Shown here: one piece after another, positions 1 through 8,722 of the stretch
Position numbering within the stretch: the stretch's first letter is position 1
Layout: each line of letters opens with the position of its first letter
NCBI RefSeq assembly: GCF_000014265.1
Contig: NC_008312.1
Coordinates: 6,990,001-7,022,000 of the forward strand
Length of the DNA stretch: 32,000 nucleotides
Origin: Trichodesmium erythraeum IMS101
GTDB taxonomy: Bacteria > Cyanobacteriota > Cyanobacteriia > Cyanobacteriales > Microcoleaceae
Direction of reading: 5' to 3'
Notes under the pieces: model-generated
Told to the model about the DNA's origin: nothing
The model's database searches: none
What the model saw: only the letters and a program-made list of their open reading frames with translations
Position numbers and translations under genes: made by a program

Positions 1-470
1 GTATTGTGGGTTAAGCTTGCCTATATACATGACTTTTTATTCAACCCATTTATGGCCGCAAATCACAGACCATGGAATATTGGGAAAATTTTTACAGGAG
101 AAAAGAGCAGATATATTTTCACTTTCTGAAGCACCCATAAATATATGTTTGTTTTTTCCCAAAGTCTTTCCATCCATCCTTAGTGGAAAATTACTCTGCT
201 TTTTCATTCTCTGGAGCCCCAGAAAAAATGCCGCGACTTTGAAAAATCTGATTCCATCCTCATGATTTTTGTGATATTATAAATGTATTGTGGGGGTAGT
301 TCGCCTATATACATGACTTTTTATTCAACCCATTTATTTTGGCAAATCACAGACCATGGAATATTGAGGAAATTTTCCCAGAAGCAATAGTAGGAATATT
401 CTCATCCTGTGAAGCTCCAAAAAAATCCTGAACAAATCTTTCCATCTATCCCTGAATGTGGAAAACCACA
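1..470. repeat. Tandem direct repeat, about 284-bp unit, about 1.65 copies (1-284, 285-~470). The window starts inside the array. Related to the array at 3686-4402.
   Basis: GTATTGTGGG..GCCTATATACATGACTTTTTATTCAACCCATTTA..CAAATCACAGACCATGGAATATTG occurs at 1 and again at 285. The 3' halves diverge. Confidence 0.85.
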
Positions 471-490
471 AATATTAGGAACTTTGTGCT

Positions 491-1048
491 ATGTCAGTCA
501 GGCAGCTAAGACGACTATTTAAGCTCAAAGAATATAACAAAATGCCTTAAGTAGGTATTTTGAAAGAGGACGAGAGAGTAGAACTAATTCGAGGAGAAAT
601 TCTGAAAAGGTCCCCAGTAGGTCGTCAACATGCAGCGTGGGTGAACCGCTTAAATAAACTATTTCAAAAATTAGGCGATCGCGCTTTAGTGAGCATTCAA
701 AACCCAGTTGAATTAGATAACTATTCCGAACCAGAACCAGATGTAGTTTTATTAGAACCAAAAGCAGATTTTTATGCATCAGGACATCCCCAGTCTCAGG
801 ATGTATTTCTCATAGTTGAAGTAGCAGATAGTAGGATTAAATTCGACGGTGAAATTAAAGTTGTTCTCTATGGAGAAAATAATGTAGTTGAGGTTTGGTT
901 GGTAGATATTAATGAGCAATGTCTGGAGGTGTATCGACAACCTATTGGTAGTATTTATCAAGAAGTACAAAAGTTAAAGCGAGGGGAATTTTTATCTGTT
1001 CAAAGGTTTTCAGATATTAATATTCAAGTCGATGAAATACTGGGGTAA
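491..1048 (+). pseudogene. Uma2-family (DUF820) endonuclease with an in-frame TAA at 548-550. The remaining ORF restarts at TTG 560.
   Basis: The 560-1048 translation has the Uma2 pattern (EDERVELIRGEI..SP.G..HA, EPDV, VEVADS). The same frame upstream reads MSVRQLRRLFKLKEYNKMP*VGIL, which is the usual Uma2 N-terminus broken by one stop. Confidence 0.7.
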
Positions 1049-1420
1049 GATACATGATTTGATGTTGATAAATATGGTGGAAATATTGAAAAAGATCATA
1101 ATTTTTAGGGATGAATTTTTGTCTGACTGAGAAAATAAAAAAGTTATCTGTTATGGCTAACAAAATGTTTACGCAGAGAATCATGGATAAAGCGAAAACG
1201 ACCTCCAACTTGTTGAATTAATTTTCTTTGAGTAGCATATTTCAAAAATCTGGCATAGTTCCAAGGAATTAAACCATTTTGGCAGAGAATAAGTCTTAAG
1301 CTAAAGTATTCAATACATGGTGTGCCGCCAGTAATAAACCTACTATTATTCCTAGGGCATATCATCAATTACAGAGATTGACATGCAGGGGTATTATATG
1401 CTGTAGGTAGATAGGGATCC

Positions 1421-1757
1421 CTATGCTAATAAAATTACTGAGGCTACCAAATAAACCCCTCCCAGGAAGTTAACCGAACTTTTATCGTATCTTGTTGCGA
1501 TCCCTCGATACTGTTTGAGTTTGGCAAAGAAAGAAATTTTCGCTCAGATGACGTGCTTTGTACAAGCCTTTGATCATAATTACGCTGTTCTTTTTGGTTT
1601 TTTTTCGGAGGAATCACTACTTCTATGCCTCTTTGGGTTAAGGCCCAATTGCCCGCTCTTGAGCATCATAAGCTTTATCCCCTAATAGCGCTTCTGCTTC
1701 CACCATCGGTAATAAAACATCTGCCCCCTCCAAGTCAGAGGCTTGAGCTATTGTCAT
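1421..1757 (-). pseudogene. IS5-family transposase, C-terminal half only, with several frameshifts
   Basis: Minus-strand pieces read AQASDLEGADVLLPMVEAEALLGDKAYDAQERAIGP, QRGIEVVIPPKKNQKEQRNYDQRL, YKARHLSENFF and FAKLKQYRGIATRYDKSSVNFLGGVYLVASVILLA* in three different frames. The N-terminal half is absent, and the relic abuts the rhodanese stop. Confidence 0.75.
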
Positions 1758-1776
1758 CTACTTTTTCAGCAATCTG

Positions 1777-2673
1777 TTAGTATGGCAGGCCTTCTTCAAT
1801 TGGGAGGGCAGGATCACGGGACCATTCATTCCAGGATCCAAAATATATTTTCACGTCCTTCACACCTGCCTCTTTAAGAGCAAGATAGGTGTTGGAGGCC
1901 CGCGCACCCTTGAAGCAATAAAGTGCAACCGGCGTTTCTGGTGTGATGCCTACTGTGGCGCATTCTGCAAGGACTTCTTCCTTGTTCTTGAGCATTAACC
2001 CTGTTGGGGTTGGCTTCATCATCCGATACCACTCGATCCACTTAGCTTCTGGAATACGGCCTTTGCGTGGGCAGAAATCCTTACCATAGGGTGAAGAGCT
2101 TTCTCCAATCCATTCGTCGATGTCACGAACGTCAAGCTTGACTACGCTCTTATCTTTGACTGCAGCCAGCATATCAGCAGTGTCCATCATCAGGCTTGCG
2201 CCAGCCTCTGAGGATGGAAATATCTTCGGTTCCGGAGTGACAGCTTGCGATGACGTTGGCATTCCAGCTAAAGTCCAAGCTTCATAGCCGCCGTGTAGCA
2301 CCTTGATTTGTGGATAGCCGAGATATTGCAGTAGAAAATAGCCACGGCAAGACTGGCCGAAACCAGTGTTCATGGATTGTTCATAGATGATTGCAGTTTC
2401 TTTGCCCGACAGGCCAGCTGCACCGAATTCAGTTTCAAACTTACCCTTCAATTCTGCTATGCCTTCAGGGGTAGAAGTCGCCAGATAGGTGAAAATATTA
2501 TGCAAATTTACCGCATCCGGAATATGACTTTCTTCATAGGCTTCGGATCTCCGGGTATCGATAATGACACAGGGGACTGTCTTTATAAGATCAGCAAGTT
2601 CTGCAGGGTTAATTAAAATACTATTACTCATTGTGGTTTTCGTGGTCTTGTAGGTTACTTTTTTGTTCAACAT
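1777..2673 (-). CDS. Two-domain rhodanese sulfurtransferase (thiosulfate/3-mercaptopyruvate sulfurtransferase-like). An alternative start is ATG 2631 (MSNSIL..).
   Basis: 298-aa ORF with tandem rhodanese domains and an active-site loop YCFKGARAS in the C-terminal domain. Confidence 0.85.
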   Translation of the reverse strand: MLNKKVTYKTTKTTMSNSILINPAELADLIKTVPCVIIDTRRSEAYEESHIPDAVNLHNIFTYLATSTPEGIAELKGKFETEFGAAGLSGKETAIIYEQSMNTGFGQSCRGYFLLQYLGYPQIKVLHGGYEAWTLAGMPTSSQAVTPEPKIFPSSEAGASLMMDTADMLAAVKDKSVVKLDVRDIDEWIGESSSPYGKDFCPRKGRIPEAKWIEWYRMMKPTPTGLMLKNKEEVLAECATVGITPETPVALYCFKGARASNTYLALKEAGVKDVKIYFGSWNEWSRDPALPIEEGLPY

Positions 2674-2899
2674 TTTCCTCTTGTTACAGAGGTCTGGTTA
2701 ATTCAATGTAATCCATCAGATAAAAAGTATTACATTAGCGCAATAAAATTCAGTAGACCTCATATACCAATAAATCTTTTGGTTAGGACTGGGTGAGTAA
2801 TTTTAGGTTGCAAGGGAATAGGGAATAGGTAATAAGCATTGGAACATATAGAAAAATGTCCTAACGCATTTTCGTAAAACTATATCACTAAACCAAATC

Positions 2900-2928
2900 T
2901 TGACAATACACTATTACTTGTTTAGCAT
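2900..2928 (+). promoter_or_regulatory. Sigma70-type promoter candidate: TTGACA, 17-nt spacer, TAGCAT
   Basis: TTGACA at 2900-2905, an exact 17-nt spacer, then TAGCAT at 2923-2928. No annotated gene lies downstream, only a 21-codon hydrophobic ORF at 3025-3090. Confidence 0.3.
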
Positions 2929-3194
2929 ACAACTTTAAATGCTGCAATTAAAGAATAGTATAAAGTATACAAAGTTTGTTGATAAAATATTGTTCCAGGA
3001 AAATCTAGCTTAATTAGAACTGCAATGTTTCCATTCCCAATTATCCTCATCTTTGTTATAAGTATAGTAATAATTATCGTAAGATTTTAAAGGTTGTTTG
3101 GGGTCTGTACCTAAGTATTTATAGACGTAATCTGAAATGTCTATTGTTGACTCATTTATTTACCTATAAATATCAGGATTCATTCGTATTGCTA

Positions 3195-3625
3195 TGTTCT
3201 CTATCCAGGTTGTGTTAAACTAAGCCAGGTAAGTTACCCTGCCCGACTCGTCTTCAGAACCGGACGTGAGACTTTCACCTCATCCGGCTCCCCTCCTGAG
3301 CGTCCCTTGTCATGGGTACATCCTGCACTAGGGTTAACATATCGTTGATCCATTGGTAATTATCAGGTAGGTCCTGTGCCTTAAATTTTGGATATGCTTT
3401 AACGTCCAGTGCCGTTTTGCTGTCGTGACAATGTCGATGTAATAACTAATTATCCTAACAACTTTAGCATTGTCTTTTACCGTACCAATACTTTGATGGA
3501 TACTTTGATGACCCACTCCAACTAAGCCTTTTTGGTCGTAGGTATTTCCGTTTGGTTCCATAAGTTTTAAATTAATTGATATACTCCCATCAAATCCAAA
3601 TTTATGATGGGTAATTCTGATCATA
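3195..3625 (-). mobile_element. Group II intron, 3' fragment: maturase (X-domain) remnant plus domains V/VI. The 5' part is missing and the outer limits are approximate.
   Basis: A canonical domain V lies at 3257-3290. ORF 3334-3624 carries RT-domain-7/maturase-like strings (KFGFDG.., ..VVRIISYYIDIV..AKRHW). No RT domains 1-6 and no 5' GUGYG end are present. Confidence 0.7.
3257..3290 (-). ncRNA. Group II intron domain V (catalytic hairpin)
   Basis: The minus strand reads GAGCCGGATGAGGTGAAAGTCTCACGTCCGGTTC. This is 34 nt with the AGC triad, a 2-nt bulge position, a GAAA tetraloop and the closing CGGTTC. Confidence 0.85.
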
Positions 3626-3685
3626 AATGATTCTATATTTACCCAAATAATTTAAGTTGACAATATTTTTATCGTCTACTCAACT

Positions 3686-4402
3686 GATTTTTTCTATCAT
3701 TAAATCTTACTGTTTATCCCCTTTAATAAAAAGCTCGTAACATTTTCATTTTCTGAAGCTCAAAAAAATCAAAAAAGGGATGGGGTGGCATACGCACAAA
3801 ATTTATGATATAGTAAAGGCTATAAGGGTAAGCTCGATCGTATGTATGACTTTTTATTCAACTAGTTTTAGAAAACCTCAAGTTAGAGGCCGTCACTAAA
3901 CATATTTAATTTCATTCTCTGAAGCTCCAGAAAAAACAACAGCTTATGCACTCATTTTTTTTTAGATCATCAAGTCTTACTATTTTATCCCCCTTAATAA
4001 AAAGCTCGTAACATTTTCATTTTCTGTAGCTCAAAAAAAATAAAAAAGGGATGGGGTGGCATACTCACAAAATTTATGATATAGTAAAAGCTATAATTCT
4101 AAGCTCGCCCGTATGTATGACTTTTTATTCAACTAGTCTGAGAAAATCTCAAATTAGAGGCCGTCACTAAACATATTTAATTTCATTCTCTGAAGCTCCA
4201 GAAAAAACAACAGCTTATGCACTCATTTTTTTTAGATCATCAAGTCTTACTATTTTATCCCCTTTTATAAAAAGCCAGTAACATTTTCATTTTCTGGAGC
4301 TCAAAAAATTAAAAAAGGGATGGGGTGACATACTCACAAAATTTATGATATAGTAAAGGATATAAGGGTAAGTTCGCCCATATACATGACTTTTTATTCA
4401 AC
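3686..4402. repeat. Tandem direct repeat array, 270/271-bp unit, about 2.65 copies
   Basis: The phase marker CATTTTCATTTTCTG occurs at 3741, 4011 and 4282. Each unit carries TGaTATAGT (hexamers at 3809, 4090, 4349) and the invariant 17-mer ATGACTTTTTATTCAAC (3846, 4117, 4386). Confidence 0.9.
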
Positions 4403-4502
4403 TTAAATAGCCAGAAAGCTGAAACCAAAAAGAAACTTGGGGTTTGTTGCAGTTATCCTAGTAATTTTTTTTGCAAGTCCCTTAAAAGTTAACAATTAAA
4501 AG

Positions 4503-5267
4503 TTAACGAAGAGCCAACTCATACCTACGATTAACCTCCGGCCAATTAACAATATTCCACCAAGCATTCAAATAATCACGGCGACGATTTTGATACCTCA
4601 AATAATAAGCATGTTCCCAAACATCATTACCCATAATGGGATAGTTCCCAGTCAAAAAAGGGCTATCTTGGTTAAGAGTGCTAATAACCTTCAACTTTCC
4701 ATCATTACCCAAAACCAACCATACCCAACCACTACCAAAACGAGCAGCACCAGCAGCATTAAACCTTTCCTTAAAACCATCAAAATTACCAAAACTCTCA
4801 TCAATAGCAACAGCTATTTTTCCTTCAGGTTTACCCCCACCATTAGGAGCCATAATTTCCCAAAACATTTTATGATTAACATAACCACCACCATTATTTC
4901 TGACAGCAGTACGAATATCCTGAGGCAAACTATTCAAACCAAGCAATAGCTCCTCAGCAGTAAACTCCTTAAGTTTAGGGTATTGAGCGATCGCCCCATT
5001 TAACTTTTTAATATAACCAGCATAATGTTTACCATAGTGAAACCCCATAGTTTCCTTATCAATATAAGGTTCCAATGCATCATATCCATAAGGTAAAGGT
5101 GTTAGTTGAAATACCCCTAAATTTTCTGAAAACTTAGTATCATTCGGTAAAGTAGATTCTATTACAGATCCAGAAGAATTATCTAGTGATATCTTACAAC
5201 TACTTACAGTCATAAACCCTAAAGTTGTACTTAGTAAAAGCAAGAAATGACGACGATTAATATTCAT
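4503..5267 (-). CDS. sodA: Manganese superoxide dismutase with an N-terminal Tat-like signal and lipobox
   Basis: Motifs [24 protein letters not shown] and LNQDSP are Mn-type residues. The N-terminus is [24 protein letters not shown]. Confidence 0.9.
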   Translation of the reverse strand: MNINRRHFLLLLSTTLGFMTVSSCKISLDNSSGSVIESTLPNDTKFSENLGVFQLTPLPYGYDALEPYIDKETMGFHYGKHYAGYIKKLNGAIAQYPKLKEFTAEELLLGLNSLPQDIRTAVRNNGGGYVNHKMFWEIMAPNGGGKPEGKIAVAIDESFGNFDGFKERFNAAGAARFGSGWVWLVLGNDGKLKVISTLNQDSPFLTGNYPIMGNDVWEHAYYLRYQNRRRDYLNAWWNIVNWPEVNRRYELALR

Positions 5268-5362
5268 TATTAATTACCCAAAAACAACAATTTACCTTAA
5301 TTAATTCCGGATAAATTTTTAGAGAATTTAGATATAAAAAATGTTATAATACTATCAACCAC

Positions 5363-6010
5363 TTACAACATCCATGGTGGAGCCAACTCCAATTCCATTT
5401 CTATTTGATCGTGATTACCAGTTTCATCAATATTAAGAATTACCAACTCATCATTTGGAGTGCGAATTTTAAGATTTAAAGACTTTAAATCTGTAGTAGC
5501 ATTAATATATCCTTCATATTTAGAACCTATAGGTAATTTTAATAAAATTTCCTCAATTTTTTCAATTAATCTACTAGAATTATAGCAATACTTGGTAGCA
5601 TTTGCAAATTTTTGCTCAACCTTTTCTCGACTAATTTTTAAACTCTTAGCCAAACCAAAAACAAAACTATCCTCTTCCTCAGTTAACTTATTATCTGCCA
5701 TAGCAACTTCAACAGCCAAATCAAAAGCAGTTTCTATTTCTTTTTCATTTTGAAGTACCTGTTTAGCTGCATAAAATAATGCTTCATTTTTCTCTTGAGC
5801 AATAATTCTTAAAACCTTTTCTCTAGCTACATTTACTTCTCTAGCAGTAAATCCTTTTCTAACTAAGAAACCCTCAATAATTTCTACCTCATTCATATCA
5901 ATATCACCATCAACCGCCATAACCATTAAACCAATAGCAAAAATTGCTTCATTAGGGGTTAGTTCTTCAGAAGATTTTACTTTACTATTGAAAATATGTT
6001 CATAAGACAT
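5363..6010 (-). CDS. TerB-like (tellurite-resistance TerB family) domain protein with an uncharacterised C-terminal domain
   Basis: 215-aa ORF with two TerB-type half motifs: LMVMAVDGDIDMNEVEIIEGFL and VEVAMADNKLTEEEDSFVFGLAKSLKIS. Confidence 0.55.
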   Translation of the reverse strand: MSYEHIFNSKVKSSEELTPNEAIFAIGLMVMAVDGDIDMNEVEIIEGFLVRKGFTAREVNVAREKVLRIIAQEKNEALFYAAKQVLQNEKEIETAFDLAVEVAMADNKLTEEEDSFVFGLAKSLKISREKVEQKFANATKYCYNSSRLIEKIEEILLKLPIGSKYEGYINATTDLKSLNLKIRTPNDELVILNIDETGNHDQIEMELELAPPWML

Positions 6011-7006
6011 AGATTTTTTTTAAAGCTCTGAAATGTGAATAAAAAGATAAATCAAAACGAATAAAGAACAAAAAATTAACCATATAAATTATCTACATTT
6101 TTTGGAAAATCAAACATTATAAACAAATTTTTATATAAAACTAAATTATTTTGAATAATAAACTTATTATTAAATAATTAAATAATTAAATATTATCAGG
6201 TTGCACTTTTTAAGTTTAAATTAATCTGAAAAAAATCCTAATTTTCACTACTAACTCATCACTACCATTACTTAATAATACCAAAGCTAAAAAAAGAATC
6301 TTGCAAATAGTTTCAAACTATATATGTAAAACAATTTATTGAAATTACTAAGTATCTCAAAGTTTTAAGCCTATAAAATCTCAATAAAATCTCAATGTAT
6401 TACTTCCGTCCTTGGGGTGTTAATGTGATTCAGGAGATAAGATAAAAAAGTATAACTTGTACCTTGTGCAAAAAAAGAATAGTTAACTTGAGTAAAGCTT
6501 CAACTCTTAAATAATTAAAACTTACTGAATAACTTTTTTGATAATTATTAACATTTCAGTATTAATTATTATTATGTTTGCTTTTCCCTTGCTCCCCTAC
6601 TCCCTTATCGAAGAATCTACCCATCGCTCTTATTCTTAAGCATAAAATAACCAAAATCTTAATCTTACCTAGAACATTTTCTAGAGTATGCACATTAATT
6701 TACCAAGTGTTATATCAAATCTCACTAATTAGCCATCATCAAAATACTCTTCTCACATATATTATTCTCAATTCCCAGTTCCTAATTCCTAATTCCCCAA
6801 AATTTTCCCATAGTGAGTATCTAAATAGAGTTAAAATTATACCAGCTTGATATTATCTATCAGTATTTTTATTGACAAGGGAAAAAAATTAAAGTATTTA
6901 CATTTATTAACTCATATATTACTTAATCAATTTGAGAATTTTCCCTTATTTGTAAATAAGCTAGAAGTAGTCAACTAATCTAATAAAAAAAATGCTATTA
7001 TATAGA

Positions 7007-8191
7007 TTAAGTGCTAGACAAAAGTTCTACTGGAGTCCCTACCAGTAATTGATGAGCATCTTGAAGAATATCTGGAATTTTATCAGCATGAGGACTATTC
7101 ACAAGAAATTTACTCAAGTTATATTTTTCTACTTGTTCAGCATTTGCACCAGGAAACCAATGACTACCATTGCCCAATAAGTTATAGCGTACTTTAGCAT
7201 ATTCCCACATATCGTAGGCGATCGCTAAATTTCTTAACCATAAAATCACAGGAATATTAATATTTCCTGGAGTATTTTCTGGAGTAGGCAAACCAATATG
7301 CCAAGTTTGGTACCAATTTTCTCCTAGTTTAGCGATCGCTTCTTTTTCTAGACTATTTAATATTGGTTGTAATATCTCATCTGGTTTCTCTAAAAATTCC
7401 AATGTTTTTAAGTGCTCATCAAAATCTGTTGGTTTTGAAGCTCCCAAACTCAATGTATGAACTTGGGGATGACTCAAACAAAATAGATTATTAAACACCA
7501 TTGGGCTTAATGGATAGCACAAATCTATTAATTTTTGTGGCGGTTGATACAATTTACCACCCTTATCAGAAGGACTAATAATAAATACTCCCAGATCAAA
7601 CTTATTAGCAACCTCTATTGCGGACCAATTCTCCTGATTAATGTAGTACCAGTGTAGGTTAACATAGTCAAATTGATTGGTTTCTATAGTTTTAATTATT
7701 ACATCAGTTGGCCCATGAGTAGAGAAACCAACAAACCTGACTTTTCCCTGCTCTTGTAATTTTCTAACTATATCTAAACAACCTCCTGGTCTAATAGAAT
7801 AGTCAAGACGTTCTAACGTGTTAATCCCATGTATGGCCAGCAAGTCAACATATTCTAGTTGTAAAAAATGGAGAGACTGATCAAACTTGGATTTGAATTC
7901 TTGGGAGTCAACGCTTGGGCTAATTTTTGTTTGGATAATCAATTTTTCCCGTGGTAGTTGAGGTAAAATTTCTCCCAGTTGCATTTCAGATGTGCCATAA
8001 TTACGGGCCGTTTCTATGTGGTTAATCCCACATTCTAGAGAGCGACGGATTGTATTTTCTAAGTTTTGTTGATTATTAAGTGGGATTTCATTTTTAGGAA
8101 CATCTTGCCATTTATATTTATACCTCATTCCGCCACAGGAAAACACTGGTATTGATAATTCTGTGCGCCCAAAGCGTCGATATTGCATCAT
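7007..8191 (-). CDS. Aldo/keto reductase family oxidoreductase (long, about 390-aa cyanobacterial type)
   Basis: 394-aa ORF. The N-terminus MQYRRFGRTELSIPVFSCGGMR.. and the strings INHIETARNYGTSE and DLLAIHG are AKR hallmarks. Confidence 0.85.
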   Translation of the reverse strand: MMQYRRFGRTELSIPVFSCGGMRYKYKWQDVPKNEIPLNNQQNLENTIRRSLECGINHIETARNYGTSEMQLGEILPQLPREKLIIQTKISPSVDSQEFKSKFDQSLHFLQLEYVDLLAIHGINTLERLDYSIRPGGCLDIVRKLQEQGKVRFVGFSTHGPTDVIIKTIETNQFDYVNLHWYYINQENWSAIEVANKFDLGVFIISPSDKGGKLYQPPQKLIDLCYPLSPMVFNNLFCLSHPQVHTLSLGASKPTDFDEHLKTLEFLEKPDEILQPILNSLEKEAIAKLGENWYQTWHIGLPTPENTPGNINIPVILWLRNLAIAYDMWEYAKVRYNLLGNGSHWFPGANAEQVEKYNLSKFLVNSPHADKIPDILQDAHQLLVGTPVELLSST

Positions 8192-8233
8192 CTGAATACT
8201 CTCTATTAATTTCTATTAATTTCGGTGAGAAGG

Positions 8234-8722
8234 TTATTCTTTTACCTCTATATTATTTATTGTAAAATTTGTTCTAGCTAGAGAACCATAATATTTTCTT
8301 GCTGCTTCATCGTAAGCAATAGCTGCATCTTTTTCTACCTCAAAACGACCTAAACGTATTTGCTTTTTGTAAACTTTAATTTCTGCTATCCATTTACGTT
8401 TATCCTTACACCAATACACTCCTCGGTATTTAGATGAATGTTTAACGCTAGGTCTTCTGTGCATTCGCGCACTTCCTTTAACTAAGCGTAAATTTTCTCG
8501 CTGATTATCTAGTTTATTGTGATTAATATGATAAACAGATACACCCATAGGAGCATCCATAATCACTCTGTGCATATATATAGTAGTTCTCTTTTCCTCT
8601 TTTTTTATTGTTCTAGCAGCAAACCCATCTATTAAGTACCATTTATGCTTTGATAATTCTTCATAGTCTTGTTCATCCACTATTACTATCTGCCCTCTAG
8701 TAATCAAAATTTCTTTAGACAT
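8234..8722 (-). CDS. HNH endonuclease plus AP2/ERF DNA-binding domain protein
   Basis: HNH_3-like YHINHNKLDNQRENLRLV is followed by the AP2 signature SSKYRGVYWCKDKRKWIAEIKVYKKQIRLGRFEVEKDAAIAYDEAARKYYG. It lies 42 bp upstream of the AKR gene on the same strand. Confidence 0.8.
   Translation of the reverse strand: MSKEILITRGQIVIVDEQDYEELSKHKWYLIDGFAARTIKKEEKRTTIYMHRVIMDAPMGVSVYHINHNKLDNQRENLRLVKGSARMHRRPSVKHSSKYRGVYWCKDKRKWIAEIKVYKKQIRLGRFEVEKDAAIAYDEAARKYYGSLARTNFTINNIEVKE

Noticed and set aside
17-265. 82-aa ORF at the window start
   Set aside because: It lies entirely within the 284-bp tandem repeat. The second repeat copy truncates the same frame after about 25 codons, so it is not maintained as coding sequence.
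1144-1368. 74-aa minus-strand ORF, possibly a TnpB N-terminal remnant (..LKYATQRKLIQQVGGRFRFIHDSL.. loosely resembles the K.YP...Q...L....G..RFV.N motif)
   Set aside because: The resemblance is short and loose, and no RuvC-like or zinc-finger part follows. I cannot support it without a database search, so it is not listed as a feature.
2377-2616. Antisense or overlapping ORFs inside well-supported genes: 2377-2616, 4590-4949, 4678-4875, 10694-10882, 17904-18140, 22166-22459, 22237-22464, 22679-22936, 525-779, 779-970
   Set aside because: Each is fully embedded, opposite or out of frame, in a CDS with clear family motifs. All have low-complexity or skewed composition typical of shadow ORFs.
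3686-4402. Possible CRISPR array, because of regularly spaced repeats
   Set aside because: The whole 270-bp unit repeats, so there are no unique spacers between short repeats. No cas genes are present, and 270 bp is far outside CRISPR geometry.
6578-6850. 90-aa ORF in the spacer between the TerB-like and AKR genes. The same applies to 9949-10146, 17312-17521 and 18407-18598.
   Set aside because: These show low-complexity or Ile/Leu/Ser/Pro-rich composition, have no RBS and carry no recognisable motif. 17312-17521 starts inside the duplicated IS1 end.
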